This document shows positions 1 to 8,855 of a stretch of 64,000 bases of DNA, piece after piece. The notes beneath the pieces were generated by a model, which saw nothing but the letters and a program-made list of their open reading frames with translations, did no database searches and was not told the origin of the DNA. The DNA comes from a virus (lineage: Duplodnaviria > Caudoviricetes), in IMG/VR virus record IMGVR_UViG_3300032303_002590; one strand, 5' to 3'. A program made the position numbers and the translations under genes. Positions within the stretch are counted from its first letter, which is position 1. Every line of letters starts with the position of its first letter.

Positions 1-2
1 CA

Positions 3-230
3 GTAGGTGATATTATTTTATGGAATGAAGATTATTACGAAGTTAATAATGTAAATGAAAACCAATTAGTAGTTGGTAAAGATCCAGATTACGCTTATAC
101 AACTGATGATTACGTTCCTGATACAGGTACTAGTTTATCTGTTATATTAGAATGTTTCTATACTCATCCAGAAAAAGTTAATATTAGAGAAAATAGATTT
201 CCAGGTGATCCTGGTTCAATGGTAGTATAA
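3..230 (+). CDS. Partial (5'-truncated) neck/head-tail connector protein, T4 gp14-like
   Basis: Open frame from the window edge (VGDIILWNEDYYEVNNV...) to TAA at 228-230; lies directly before a tail terminator-like gene. Confidence 0.5.
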   Translation, partial: VGDIILWNEDYYEVNNVNENQLVVGKDPDYAYTTDDYVPDTGTSLSVILECFYTHPEKVNIRENRFPGDPGSMVV

Positions 231-236
231 TAAATT

Positions 237-1112
237 ATGGAAATTAAACCACGTCCTTTAAATACTAGAGAGTTTTTAACTACTCTTTCAGAGCCCTACC
301 AAGAGCCTGAAAGAGATATACAACCTTATTCTAACCCTAACTCTAAGGCTTCATTAGATGCCCAACCTGGTCAACCTGAATTTAATAGAGCTTTACAAAT
401 CTCTTTAAAAGACGATAATCAATCTACTATTAATTTAGGGTTACAAGAGCATGATGATGCTGTGTTATATTACTTAGAAAATGTAATTAGACCTACGGTA
501 ACTCACAACGAAAGACAAATAGCAGTTCCAATTATATATGGTTCGCCTGAAAGATGGAAATCGATTCAATACGACGGGTTTTATCGTGATAAAAACGGTA
601 AAACAATGGCTCCACTAATAATGTTTAAAAGAGAATCATTTGAAAAAAACCGTTCATTAGGTAATAAATTAGATGGTAATGTAGTTCATAACGTTCAATA
701 TTTTGAGAAAAATTACTCACAAAGAAATGTATATGATAATTTTGGAGTTTTAAATAACCAAAAACCTCAAAAAGAATACATGTTAGGAGTTATACCTGAC
801 TACATTAATATCACTTATAAACTAGCTATTTTTACTGACTATGTTGAACAAATGAATCAGTTAATAGAAGGATTAGAATTTTCTTCAGATTCATACTGGG
901 GTGATCCTGAAAAATATGTATTTAGAGCTATTATAACTTCATTCCCTACTCCAGTAGTATTGGAAAATGGCGCTGATAGAGTGAGTAAAAGTGAATTATC
1001 TATAATGCTACAAGGTTATATTATACCTCACAACATAAATGTTGCGATGGCTGGACCAAACCCAAAATCATATAACGTAACTAAAACAACATTTACAGAA
1101 AAAATACAATAA
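237..1112 (+). CDS. Tail completion / sheath stabilizer (T4 gp15-like)
   Basis: VPIIYGSPERW and PDYINITY motifs resemble gp15-like proteins; position in the tail module. Confidence 0.6.
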   Translation: MEIKPRPLNTREFLTTLSEPYQEPERDIQPYSNPNSKASLDAQPGQPEFNRALQISLKDDNQSTINLGLQEHDDAVLYYLENVIRPTVTHNERQIAVPIIYGSPERWKSIQYDGFYRDKNGKTMAPLIMFKRESFEKNRSLGNKLDGNVVHNVQYFEKNYSQRNVYDNFGVLNNQKPQKEYMLGVIPDYINITYKLAIFTDYVEQMNQLIEGLEFSSDSYWGDPEKYVFRAIITSFPTPVVLENGADRVSKSELSIMLQGYIIPHNINVAMAGPNPKSYNVTKTTFTEKIQ

Positions 1113-1113
1113 T

Positions 1114-1497
1114 ATGTCAGCAGGAATATATAACATAACAATAGAACAAGGTGCTACAGTAGATTTTAAAATCCAATACAAAGATGTAAGTGGTAGCGCT
1201 ATAAACTTAACAGGATATGAAGCAGCTATGCAAATTAGAAGTAATTATGCTGATAATAATCCTACTACATATTTAACCTTATCAAGTTCATTAAAAACAG
1301 ATGGTACAGGATTAAATATGAATAGTGCAAGTTCAGGATATATTGGAATTTTTATTTCAGCTTGTTCTTCTTCAGCATTAAATTTTCCTAATGCTAGATA
1401 TGATTTAGAAATCTACTCAGGAAGTGCTAGTTGCCCTATAACAACACGTTTATTGGAAGGACAAGTTTTATTAAGTAGAGAAACAACCAGAAAATAA
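1114..1497 (+). CDS. Virion structural protein (BppU-N-like Ig fold, tail-fibre associated)
   Basis: YNITIEQGAT...INLTGY.A.MQIR...YDLEI...RLLEG pattern typical of this family. Confidence 0.6.
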   Translation: MSAGIYNITIEQGATVDFKIQYKDVSGSAINLTGYEAAMQIRSNYADNNPTTYLTLSSSLKTDGTGLNMNSASSGYIGIFISACSSSALNFPNARYDLEIYSGSASCPITTRLLEGQVLLSRETTRK

Positions 1498-3893
1498 TGT
1501 CTCAAGTAAATATAACATTAAATACTAACCAAGTAAATGTAAATACAACTAATAACCAAATAGTTGTAACTAATCCTGATAACCCTACTACGGTTAATGT
1601 GGTACAACCTACTACTAAAATAGTAGAAGTAATTACTGCTGGACCACAAGGACCACAAGGGATACCAGGACCAATAAATTCTGGAAGTACATTAACAGGA
1701 GGAACAGACGGATACATACCTTTATGGAGTGGAAGTACTGCTCTAACAAGTAGTATAGCCAAACAAGTATTAGGTACTTTACAGATATCTGGATCAGTTA
1801 CCGTAACAGGTTCAATAACTGGCTCGTTATTTGGAACAGCCTCATATACAACTCAAGCATTATCTGCTTCTTTCGCAGTATCATCTTCAACATCAGTATC
1901 GAGTTCATTTGCAATAAGTGCCTCACAGGCAACATCAGCATCCTGGGCACCATCAATTGCTGGAGGAAGTAACACCCAAATTCAATTTAATAGTGGAAGT
2001 AGACTTTTAGGTACAGGATCATTTACTTTTAATTATCAAAGTCAAAGTTTACAACAAGGACAGGATGGATCAGCTTTAGGTCGGTTTTCTCATGCAGAAG
2101 GATTTCAAGCACAAGCATTAGGAAATTACTCACATGCTGAAGGACATCAAACAACATCAACCGGATCTTATTCACATGCTGAGGGATATTTATCAACAGC
2201 AATAGGAAATTTTTCACATGCCGAAGGAACATATACAGTAGCGTCTGGTATAGCAAGTCATGCAGAAGGAAGCAATACAATAGCATTTGGAGGAGGATCA
2301 CATGCAGAAGGTCAAGAAACAATAGCATCAGGATCTTACTCACACGCTGAAGGGTATTCAACAATAGCTCAAGGAGACCGATCACATGCTGAAGGATATA
2401 CTACACTAGCATCAGGATACTATTCACATGCAGAAGGAAACAATACAATAGCAGCAGGATACGTTTCACATGCAGAAGGACTTAGTACATTAACAGGTTA
2501 TAAACTTTTTGTTGATGATTATACTGATAATGAAGGAAATATTACAATATCAGGAAATTCTACACCTTACTTTCAAGGGTCTACTAAGGTAATAGTACTT
2601 GCAGATGATTTTATTTATTATGGTACTTTTAATATGACTCATGTTATATATAATGCTGGTAATAATACCACCGCTATTCAAATCGATGGTTGGAATAGTA
2701 GTTATGTAGGATTTATGATATCTACAACATTTGGAGGAGATTATTCACATGCAGAAGGAGCAAATACAACAGCACAAGGAAATTATTCACATGCAGAAGG
2801 AGCAGGTACAGCAGCATCAGGATATGCTTCACATGCCGAAGGTAATGCTACAGTAGCATCAGGATCTTACTCACACGCAGAAGGACTAAGTACAACAGCA
2901 CAAGGAAATTATTCACACGCTGAAGGAAATCAAACACAAGCATTAGGAATATTCTCTCATGCTGAAGGAGAAAATACAATAGCAATAGCAGACTACCAAC
3001 ACGTACAAGGTCAATACAATACAACATCCTCAGTAGTAGGAGCATTCATTCACGGAAATGGAACATCAGATGCTAATAGATCAAATTTAATATACGCACA
3101 CGATTCTACAGTAGAAATAACAGGTTCATTAAAGGTATCAGGATCAATAACAGGTTCATTATTTGGAACTGCTTCATGGGCTATATCATCTTCATGGGCA
3201 CCATTCCAAGTATCTGCATCTTATGCTCTAACAAGTTCCTATGCAAATATCGCTACAAGTGCTTCTTTTGCAGTATCTGCTTCAATAGCAGTAACAGCTT
3301 CATATATACTAAATGCAGTATCAAGTTCATTTGCAACAACAGCTTCTTTTGCATCAACAGCATCTATAGCACTTCAAGTATCAACTAGTATATCCACACA
3401 GAACTTACAACATAACGTACTATTTGTAGATACAACAGGACCAGGTTACATCCAGGTAGATGGAGGTTTAAGGTATAATCCAAATCAAGACCTATTAACA
3501 ACCACCTCATCCTATGCTCTTGTAGCAAATACTGCTTCATACGTTTTACAAGCAGTAAGTTCATCTTATGCATTAACTGCTTCATTCGCTCCTAACTACC
3601 AATTAACAAGTGATACTGGTTCTATGTTAGCACCTTATGTTTTAACATCTGCTACTAGCTCAATGTTAACTCCTTACGTTTTAACTAGTGCTACTAGTTC
3701 AATGTCTGTAGCAACAGCTTCATACGTTCAAAATGCACAAAGTGCTTCATATATTCTAAATGCAGTAAGTGCTTCTTTTGCAGTATCTGCTTCAAGAGCA
3801 GTAACAGCTTCTTATGCATTAAATGCAGGCGCAGGGGGAACTAGCATTGGATTAGTACAAGCAATGACAATAGGATTACAAAATATTTTTTAA
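1497..3893 (+). CDS. Tail fibre / adhesin with 16 SHAEG 14-aa repeats (YadA-head-like) and ASYA stalk repeats
   Basis: 10+6 SHAEG repeats, short collagen GPQGPQG segment, Ser/Ala-rich ASYA/ASFA repeats. Confidence 0.75.
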   Translation: MSQVNITLNTNQVNVNTTNNQIVVTNPDNPTTVNVVQPTTKIVEVITAGPQGPQGIPGPINSGSTLTGGTDGYIPLWSGSTALTSSIAKQVLGTLQISGSVTVTGSITGSLFGTASYTTQALSASFAVSSSTSVSSSFAISASQATSASWAPSIAGGSNTQIQFNSGSRLLGTGSFTFNYQSQSLQQGQDGSALGRFSHAEGFQAQALGNYSHAEGHQTTSTGSYSHAEGYLSTAIGNFSHAEGTYTVASGIASHAEGSNTIAFGGGSHAEGQETIASGSYSHAEGYSTIAQGDRSHAEGYTTLASGYYSHAEGNNTIAAGYVSHAEGLSTLTGYKLFVDDYTDNEGNITISGNSTPYFQGSTKVIVLADDFIYYGTFNMTHVIYNAGNNTTAIQIDGWNSSYVGFMISTTFGGDYSHAEGANTTAQGNYSHAEGAGTAASGYASHAEGNATVASGSYSHAEGLSTTAQGNYSHAEGNQTQALGIFSHAEGENTIAIADYQHVQGQYNTTSSVVGAFIHGNGTSDANRSNLIYAHDSTVEITGSLKVSGSITGSLFGTASWAISSSWAPFQVSASYALTSSYANIATSASFAVSASIAVTASYILNAVSSSFATTASFASTASIALQVSTSISTQNLQHNVLFVDTTGPGYIQVDGGLRYNPNQDLLTTTSSYALVANTASYVLQAVSSSYALTASFAPNYQLTSDTGSMLAPYVLTSATSSMLTPYVLTSATSSMSVATASYVQNAQSASYILNAVSASFAVSASRAVTASYALNAGAGGTSIGLVQAMTIGLQNIF

Positions 3894-3912
3894 TAAATTA
3901 AAATAAAAAACA

Positions 3913-4341
3913 ATGGCAGCAAACACAGCACCAATATTCTCAGGAACAGGAGATATTCAATGGGCATCAACTCCTTTAGTAGCAGCAAATACCAACTTTG
4001 ATGGTACTGGAGCAAACTCAGTAATAGTAGCAACAGCAGGAGCATCAGGAAGTTTTATTCAAAGAATAAGATTTAGAGCATCAGGTTCTGCAACAGCAAC
4101 AGTAGCTAGAATTTTTTTAAATAATGGGCAATCAACAGGATCAGCAGCAAATAACATTTTATTTGATGAAATTACTTTAGCAGCAACTACAGTATCTAAT
4201 ACTGCAGCACAGGCTGTATATGAACTTCCTTGTAACTTTGCACTACCTGCAACTTATAAAATTTTAGCAACTATAGGTACAGCACAAACAACAGGAGGTT
4301 GGTATGTATCATCAGTAGGAGGATCTTATGCATCAATTTAA
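3913..4341 (+). CDS. Putative tail-fibre associated structural protein
   Basis: 142 aa beta-rich ORF in the fibre cluster. Confidence 0.5.
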   Translation: MAANTAPIFSGTGDIQWASTPLVAANTNFDGTGANSVIVATAGASGSFIQRIRFRASGSATATVARIFLNNGQSTGSAANNILFDEITLAATTVSNTAAQAVYELPCNFALPATYKILATIGTAQTTGGWYVSSVGGSYASI

Positions 4342-4352
4342 TATTTAGTAAT

Positions 4353-4532
4353 ATGAGATACATTTTAGTACAAGAATCAGAAAATCCAGACAATACATGG
4401 TTTTACATTATGGATGATAATTTATCAAATGTAATTAAAATAGTAGATCACAATTGTAATGAGGTACCGGAGTTACCACCTCATCAAGTAATAGATGCCA
4501 ATCCAACTTTACCAATTTGTGCAACTGAATAA
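4353..4532 (+). CDS. Small hypothetical protein (likely start 4353)
   Basis: ATG at 4353 follows the previous stop; MRYILVQES... Confidence 0.45.
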   Translation: MRYILVQESENPDNTWFYIMDDNLSNVIKIVDHNCNEVPELPPHQVIDANPTLPICATE

Positions 4533-4538
4533 ACTTAT

Positions 4539-5426
4539 ATGTTAGATTTCTCTCACATACCTTCTCAACAACAGAATACTACTATATTTTATGCAAATAG
4601 TGGAAGCTGGCAAACCTTTGTAAAACCACGTAATGCTAAATTTATAGAGATATTCTGTTTAGGTGGTGGAGGTGGTGGTGCTAGAACCGCAAATGCCGCC
4701 GGTAATAGTGGTGGTGGAGGTGGTGGTGGTTCCGCAGGAATTGTTAGAGGAATTATTCCTGCGTTTTTACTACCTGACACACTTTACATATTAGTGGGTA
4801 AAGGTGGTGCTGGTGGAGCGGCAACCGGAACCGCAGGAACTGCGGGAGGTATTAGTTATGTATCATTAAGTGCCACAACATCGGAACAAACACTTATTTG
4901 TAAATCATCAACCGCAACCGCTAATGGAGGTTCCGCCTCAACTGCAGGTGCTGCGGCAACAATATCCGTAGTATCATTATCAGCCTTTGGTAATTTAGGT
5001 CTATTCACGGCAATTGCTGGAGTAATTGGTGGTGCAGGCGGAGCTCTTACACCAACTCCGGGAGGAAATCAAACCGCTTTAGGGACTAATTTAGTCACAG
5101 GTGGTGCAGGTGGAGGTGGAAAAAACACCGGAGCATACGCGAGTGGAGGAAATATAGCTCCTGCTTCAGTAATATTAACATCACCAGTTTCAGGTGGTTT
5201 AGGCAGTAACCCAGGTATTAATACGAATGGTGCTAGCGGTTACGGTTCACTAACCCCATTTTGTGGTACAGGAGGTGCTGGTGGTGCCGGTTCACCTACA
5301 TCAACAGGGGGTAATGGCGGAAATGGCTATTATGGTTGTGGTGGTGCCGGAGGAGGTGGAGGAAATCCAAGTGGTAATGGCGGTGACGGAGGAGACGGTT
5401 TAGTAATAATTACAGTTATAACATAA
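4539..5426 (+). CDS. Glycine-rich tail fibre tip/adhesin paralog 1
   Basis: MLDFSHIP...WQTFVKPR...CLGGGGGG; ends GGDGLVIITVIT. Confidence 0.65.
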   Translation: MLDFSHIPSQQQNTTIFYANSGSWQTFVKPRNAKFIEIFCLGGGGGGARTANAAGNSGGGGGGGSAGIVRGIIPAFLLPDTLYILVGKGGAGGAATGTAGTAGGISYVSLSATTSEQTLICKSSTATANGGSASTAGAAATISVVSLSAFGNLGLFTAIAGVIGGAGGALTPTPGGNQTALGTNLVTGGAGGGGKNTGAYASGGNIAPASVILTSPVSGGLGSNPGINTNGASGYGSLTPFCGTGGAGGAGSPTSTGGNGGNGYYGCGGAGGGGGNPSGNGGDGGDGLVIITVIT

Positions 5427-6301
5427 TGTTAGATTTATCATATTTTCAAAATCAAAATTCAAATGTACAAGGTTTCTTCAATGGAGGAACTTGGCAAACT
5501 TGGATAAAACCAAGAGGTGCTAAACTTGTCAATATTATTTGTCAGGGTTCAGGTGCTGGAGGAGGAGGAGGTCTACAATCTGCTTCTACACCAAGAGGTG
5601 GTGGTGGTGGTGGTGGAACAGGTGCTACTGCAAGATTAACTATAGATGCAAATCTTCTTCCTAACATACTTTACATACTACCCGGTATAGGAGGAGCAGG
5701 AGGATTAGGAGGAACAACAGCAACAGCAGGTTCTCCAGGACAAAATAGTTTTGTATGTTTAATCCCAGATACAGGTTCAGTATCAAATGTTATTTTACGT
5801 TCAGGAATAACACCAGCAACTGCAGGGTTTGCAGGTACAACATCAGGTGGTGGTGGAGGTGCGGCAGAAACAATATCATTAATAGCAAACAATATTTTTG
5901 CTAATCTAGGAACATTTACTTTTCAAGCTGGACAACCTTCAGTAGCTGGTGTAACAGTTAATTCAACAGCTAATACTCCAGTAAATTTTATTACAGCTGC
6001 AGGAGGTGGAGGTGGTTCAGGAACAGGTTCTGGATTTAATGCTACAGGAGTTTTTCCTTCAATAGCAAACACTTCTGTAAATATAAATGGACAAAATGGA
6101 ATCATTTTATATAAACCCATACTAATATTATATGGTGGAGCAGGTGGTGGCGGCTCAACTGCAGGTAATGGAGGTAATGGAGGTAATGGAGCACCCGGAT
6201 GTGGTGGAGGTGGTGGTGGAGCTTCTACTAACACAGGAGTAAATGCAGGTAATGGTGGAAATGGAGGAAATGGTTTTATAATAATAATAACAAGTATATA
6301 A
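5426..6301 (+). CDS. Glycine-rich tail fibre tip/adhesin paralog 2
   Basis: MLDLSYF...WQTWIKPR...; ends GGNGFIIIITSI. Confidence 0.65.
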   Translation: MLDLSYFQNQNSNVQGFFNGGTWQTWIKPRGAKLVNIICQGSGAGGGGGLQSASTPRGGGGGGGTGATARLTIDANLLPNILYILPGIGGAGGLGGTTATAGSPGQNSFVCLIPDTGSVSNVILRSGITPATAGFAGTTSGGGGGAAETISLIANNIFANLGTFTFQAGQPSVAGVTVNSTANTPVNFITAAGGGGGSGTGSGFNATGVFPSIANTSVNINGQNGIILYKPILILYGGAGGGGSTAGNGGNGGNGAPGCGGGGGGASTNTGVNAGNGGNGGNGFIIIITSI

Positions 6302-6302
6302 T

Positions 6303-7211
6303 ATGTTAGATTTATCTCATATACCTAATAGTCAACAAGACATAAAAATATTTTACGCAGCATCCGGATCAAACTCATGGCAAACTTGGCAAAAACCAAG
6401 AAAATGTAATTATGTTTGGATAATGTGTATTGGTGGTGCAGGTGGAGGTGGATATGGTCCTAATATTAATAGTACTTTTACTTCAACAGGAGGAGGTTCA
6501 GGAGCTATATCAAGAGCTTTGTATAATGCACAACAACTTCCTGATACATTATATGTACAAGTAGGTGTAGGTGGAGCAGGTGGAGTAAGTGGATCAAATG
6601 GTTCACCTGGCACAAGAAGTTGGGTATCTCTACAACAAGCAACAACAATAGTTGCACAAAATATAGTGCAAGGTTCAGGAGCAGCAGTAGCGGCCGGTGG
6701 TATTGTTGGGAATACAGGTGGAAATGCCGCTGGGGAAACAGCAGTAACTCAAACTCAAGCTACTTTTCTTACTCTATCAAATTTTACAGGATTAGCAGGA
6801 GTTACAGCTGTAAATGGAGGAGTTCCACAAGCTCCTGATGTAACACCTTTATCATCTCAAATAACATGTCAAGGAGCAAACGGTTCTAGTAATTCTGCTG
6901 CTATTTTAGGACAAAATGGAGGTTCAATACTATCATCATCAATATCACCATTAATACCAGGAGGAATAGGAGTAACAGCATCAGGAAGTAATGCTACAAA
7001 TGGTGCAAATGGAATTACATCATGGAAACCCTTCTTTTCTACAGGGGGAGCTGGTGGAGGAAGTGCAGTTAGTGGTTCAGGAGGAAATGGAGGCAATGGT
7101 GGAATAGGATCTGGTGGTGGCGGTGGTGGTGGAACTAGCCCTTCATCGGGGTTTTTAGCAGGAAGCGGAGGAAAAGGAGGAGACGGGTTAGTAGTAATAA
7201 TATCTTTCTAA
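6303..7211 (+). CDS. Glycine-rich tail fibre tip/adhesin paralog 3
   Basis: MLDLSHIP...WQTWQKPR...; ends GGDGLVVIISF. Confidence 0.65.
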   Translation: MLDLSHIPNSQQDIKIFYAASGSNSWQTWQKPRKCNYVWIMCIGGAGGGGYGPNINSTFTSTGGGSGAISRALYNAQQLPDTLYVQVGVGGAGGVSGSNGSPGTRSWVSLQQATTIVAQNIVQGSGAAVAAGGIVGNTGGNAAGETAVTQTQATFLTLSNFTGLAGVTAVNGGVPQAPDVTPLSSQITCQGANGSSNSAAILGQNGGSILSSSISPLIPGGIGVTASGSNATNGANGITSWKPFFSTGGAGGGSAVSGSGGNGGNGGIGSGGGGGGGTSPSSGFLAGSGGKGGDGLVVIISF

Positions 7212-7220
7212 CCACTCCCA

Positions 7221-7230
7221 ATATTTATTA
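7221..7230 (+). promoter_or_regulatory. Putative late promoter ATATTTAT
   Basis: Motif recurs in intergenic gaps before structural and endonuclease genes. Confidence 0.55.
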
Positions 7231-7243
7231 TAAAATACAGTAA

Positions 7244-8515
7244 ATGGCTACAATAAGCACTTCAGGAATATCTACTCAACAAATAATTCGTTCAGAACAT
7301 ATATTACGAATAATAAATGCTTTAAACGGAGTTAATGCTAATGATATAATAATAACAGGACCATTAAATAATGGTTTAAGTTGCATAGCAACTGGTTCTT
7401 ATTCACACGCTGAAGGGTTAGGAACAATAGCATCAGGAGATTACCAACATGCTCAAGGAGCTTATAATATATCTTCCTCATTACCCTCATCATTTATTAT
7501 AGGAAATGGAACATCTGCCGGTAATAGATCAAATTTAGTATTTGCTTCTGGAAGTACTTTTCAAATAACAGGTTCATTACAAGTATTAGGTTCAATAACA
7601 GGTTCATTATTTGGAACTGCTACTACTGCTTCATATGTTCAAAATGCTCAAAGTGCTTCATATGTACTACAAGCAGTAAGTGCATCTTTTGTAGTTTCTG
7701 CCTCAAGAGCAGTGAGTGCATCTTATGCTGTAAGTGCCTCTTTTGTAGTATCTTCTTCAAGAGCAGTAACAGCTTCTTATGCTTTAAATGGAGGACCTAT
7801 TGCAGTAACAGGATCAATTTTATACTCAACATCACCTGCTGCAGGACCAGGATTTGGGGTATCAACTGCTGATTCTATATTTTTAGGTTTTTTAGCTGGT
7901 GGATCAACAAATGTTGCATATTCAACCTTCTTAGGTTATCAAACTGGTCAAAATGCATATAGTGCTAATAATTCAAACTTTTTTGGACAATCTGCAGGTA
8001 TTAATGCTATTAATGCTAATAATTCAAACTTTTTAGGTGCAAGTGCTGGTTTTGGTGCATCAAGTGCTTCTTACTCAAACTTTCTAGGTAATGCTGCTGG
8101 TTATCAATCAGTATCTGCTTCATACTCAACATTAATAGGATATCAAGCAGGATATAATACAATAGGATCTATTGGTTCAAATAATATTATTATTGGTACA
8201 AATATAACATTAGCTGCTCAACAAAAAGACTCAATTAATTTAGGAGGAATAATATTTGCGACAGGTTCATATTCAACAACATCAGGTAACCCATTCTCAG
8301 GTTCAGTATCAGGAGCTAAAGTAGGTATTGGAACTTCAACACCTTCATATACATTAGATATCTCAGGTTCAACTAGAATCAATGATATTCTTATACTAGA
8401 ACCAAGAACAACAACACCAGGTACTCCTACAAATGGAATGGTAATAGTCTCAGGTTCAGGAGCTAATCAACATATTTATTGCTATCTAAATAGCATATGG
8501 AAGCAATTAGATTAA
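7244..8515 (+). CDS. Tail fibre protein
   Basis: SHAEG, ITGSLFGTA and ASYV modules shared with 1497-3893; NSNFLG repeats; KVGIGTSTPSYTLDISG fibre motif. Confidence 0.7.
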   Translation: MATISTSGISTQQIIRSEHILRIINALNGVNANDIIITGPLNNGLSCIATGSYSHAEGLGTIASGDYQHAQGAYNISSSLPSSFIIGNGTSAGNRSNLVFASGSTFQITGSLQVLGSITGSLFGTATTASYVQNAQSASYVLQAVSASFVVSASRAVSASYAVSASFVVSSSRAVTASYALNGGPIAVTGSILYSTSPAAGPGFGVSTADSIFLGFLAGGSTNVAYSTFLGYQTGQNAYSANNSNFFGQSAGINAINANNSNFLGASAGFGASSASYSNFLGNAAGYQSVSASYSTLIGYQAGYNTIGSIGSNNIIIGTNITLAAQQKDSINLGGIIFATGSYSTTSGNPFSGSVSGAKVGIGTSTPSYTLDISGSTRINDILILEPRTTTPGTPTNGMVIVSGSGANQHIYCYLNSIWKQLD

Positions 8516-8533
8516 TAAAATTAAAATAACGTT

Positions 8534-8785
8534 ATGATTAAACCAACAAAGTTACAAGACACAGAATTACAAGAATTAAAAGATTTTCAATCTAAATCTG
8601 AAAATTTAATTGCTCAATTAGGTCAATTAACCTTTAAAAAGTTTCAACTTGAAAAAGAAGAACAATTTTTAAAAAAGCAATACGACCAAATTACATCTGC
8701 CGAAATTGAATTAAGTAAAAAACTTAAAGAAGCTTATGGAGATGTTTCAATCAACTTACAAACAGGTGAAATAACATATCCCTAA
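8534..8785 (+). CDS. Small coiled-coil protein
   Basis: 83 aa, heptad-rich; ends YGDVSINLQTGEI. Confidence 0.55.
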   Translation: MIKPTKLQDTELQELKDFQSKSENLIAQLGQLTFKKFQLEKEEQFLKKQYDQITSAEIELSKKLKEAYGDVSINLQTGEITYP

Positions 8786-8810
8786 AATATAGGTTTTGAG
8801 CCTTCTTGTA

Positions 8811-8820
8811 ATATTTATTA
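8811..8820 (+). promoter_or_regulatory. Putative late promoter ATATTTAT before the sheath gene
   Basis: Recurrent motif. Confidence 0.55.
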
Positions 8821-8855
8821 TCAAATGATTAACATTAAAAACTAAATAAAACAAA

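Noticed and set aside
2080-2970. CRISPR-like periodic repeats (TCACATGCAGAAGGA)
   Set aside because: In-frame 42-nt coding repeats with synonymous variation (SHAEG); no cas genes in the window.
4589-7096. Pro-rich minus-strand ORFs
   Set aside because: Antisense shadows of GGN-rich glycine genes.
1497-8515. Diversity-generating retroelement acting on the fibre genes
   Set aside because: No reverse transcriptase in the window and no TR/VR pair differing only at adenines was seen.
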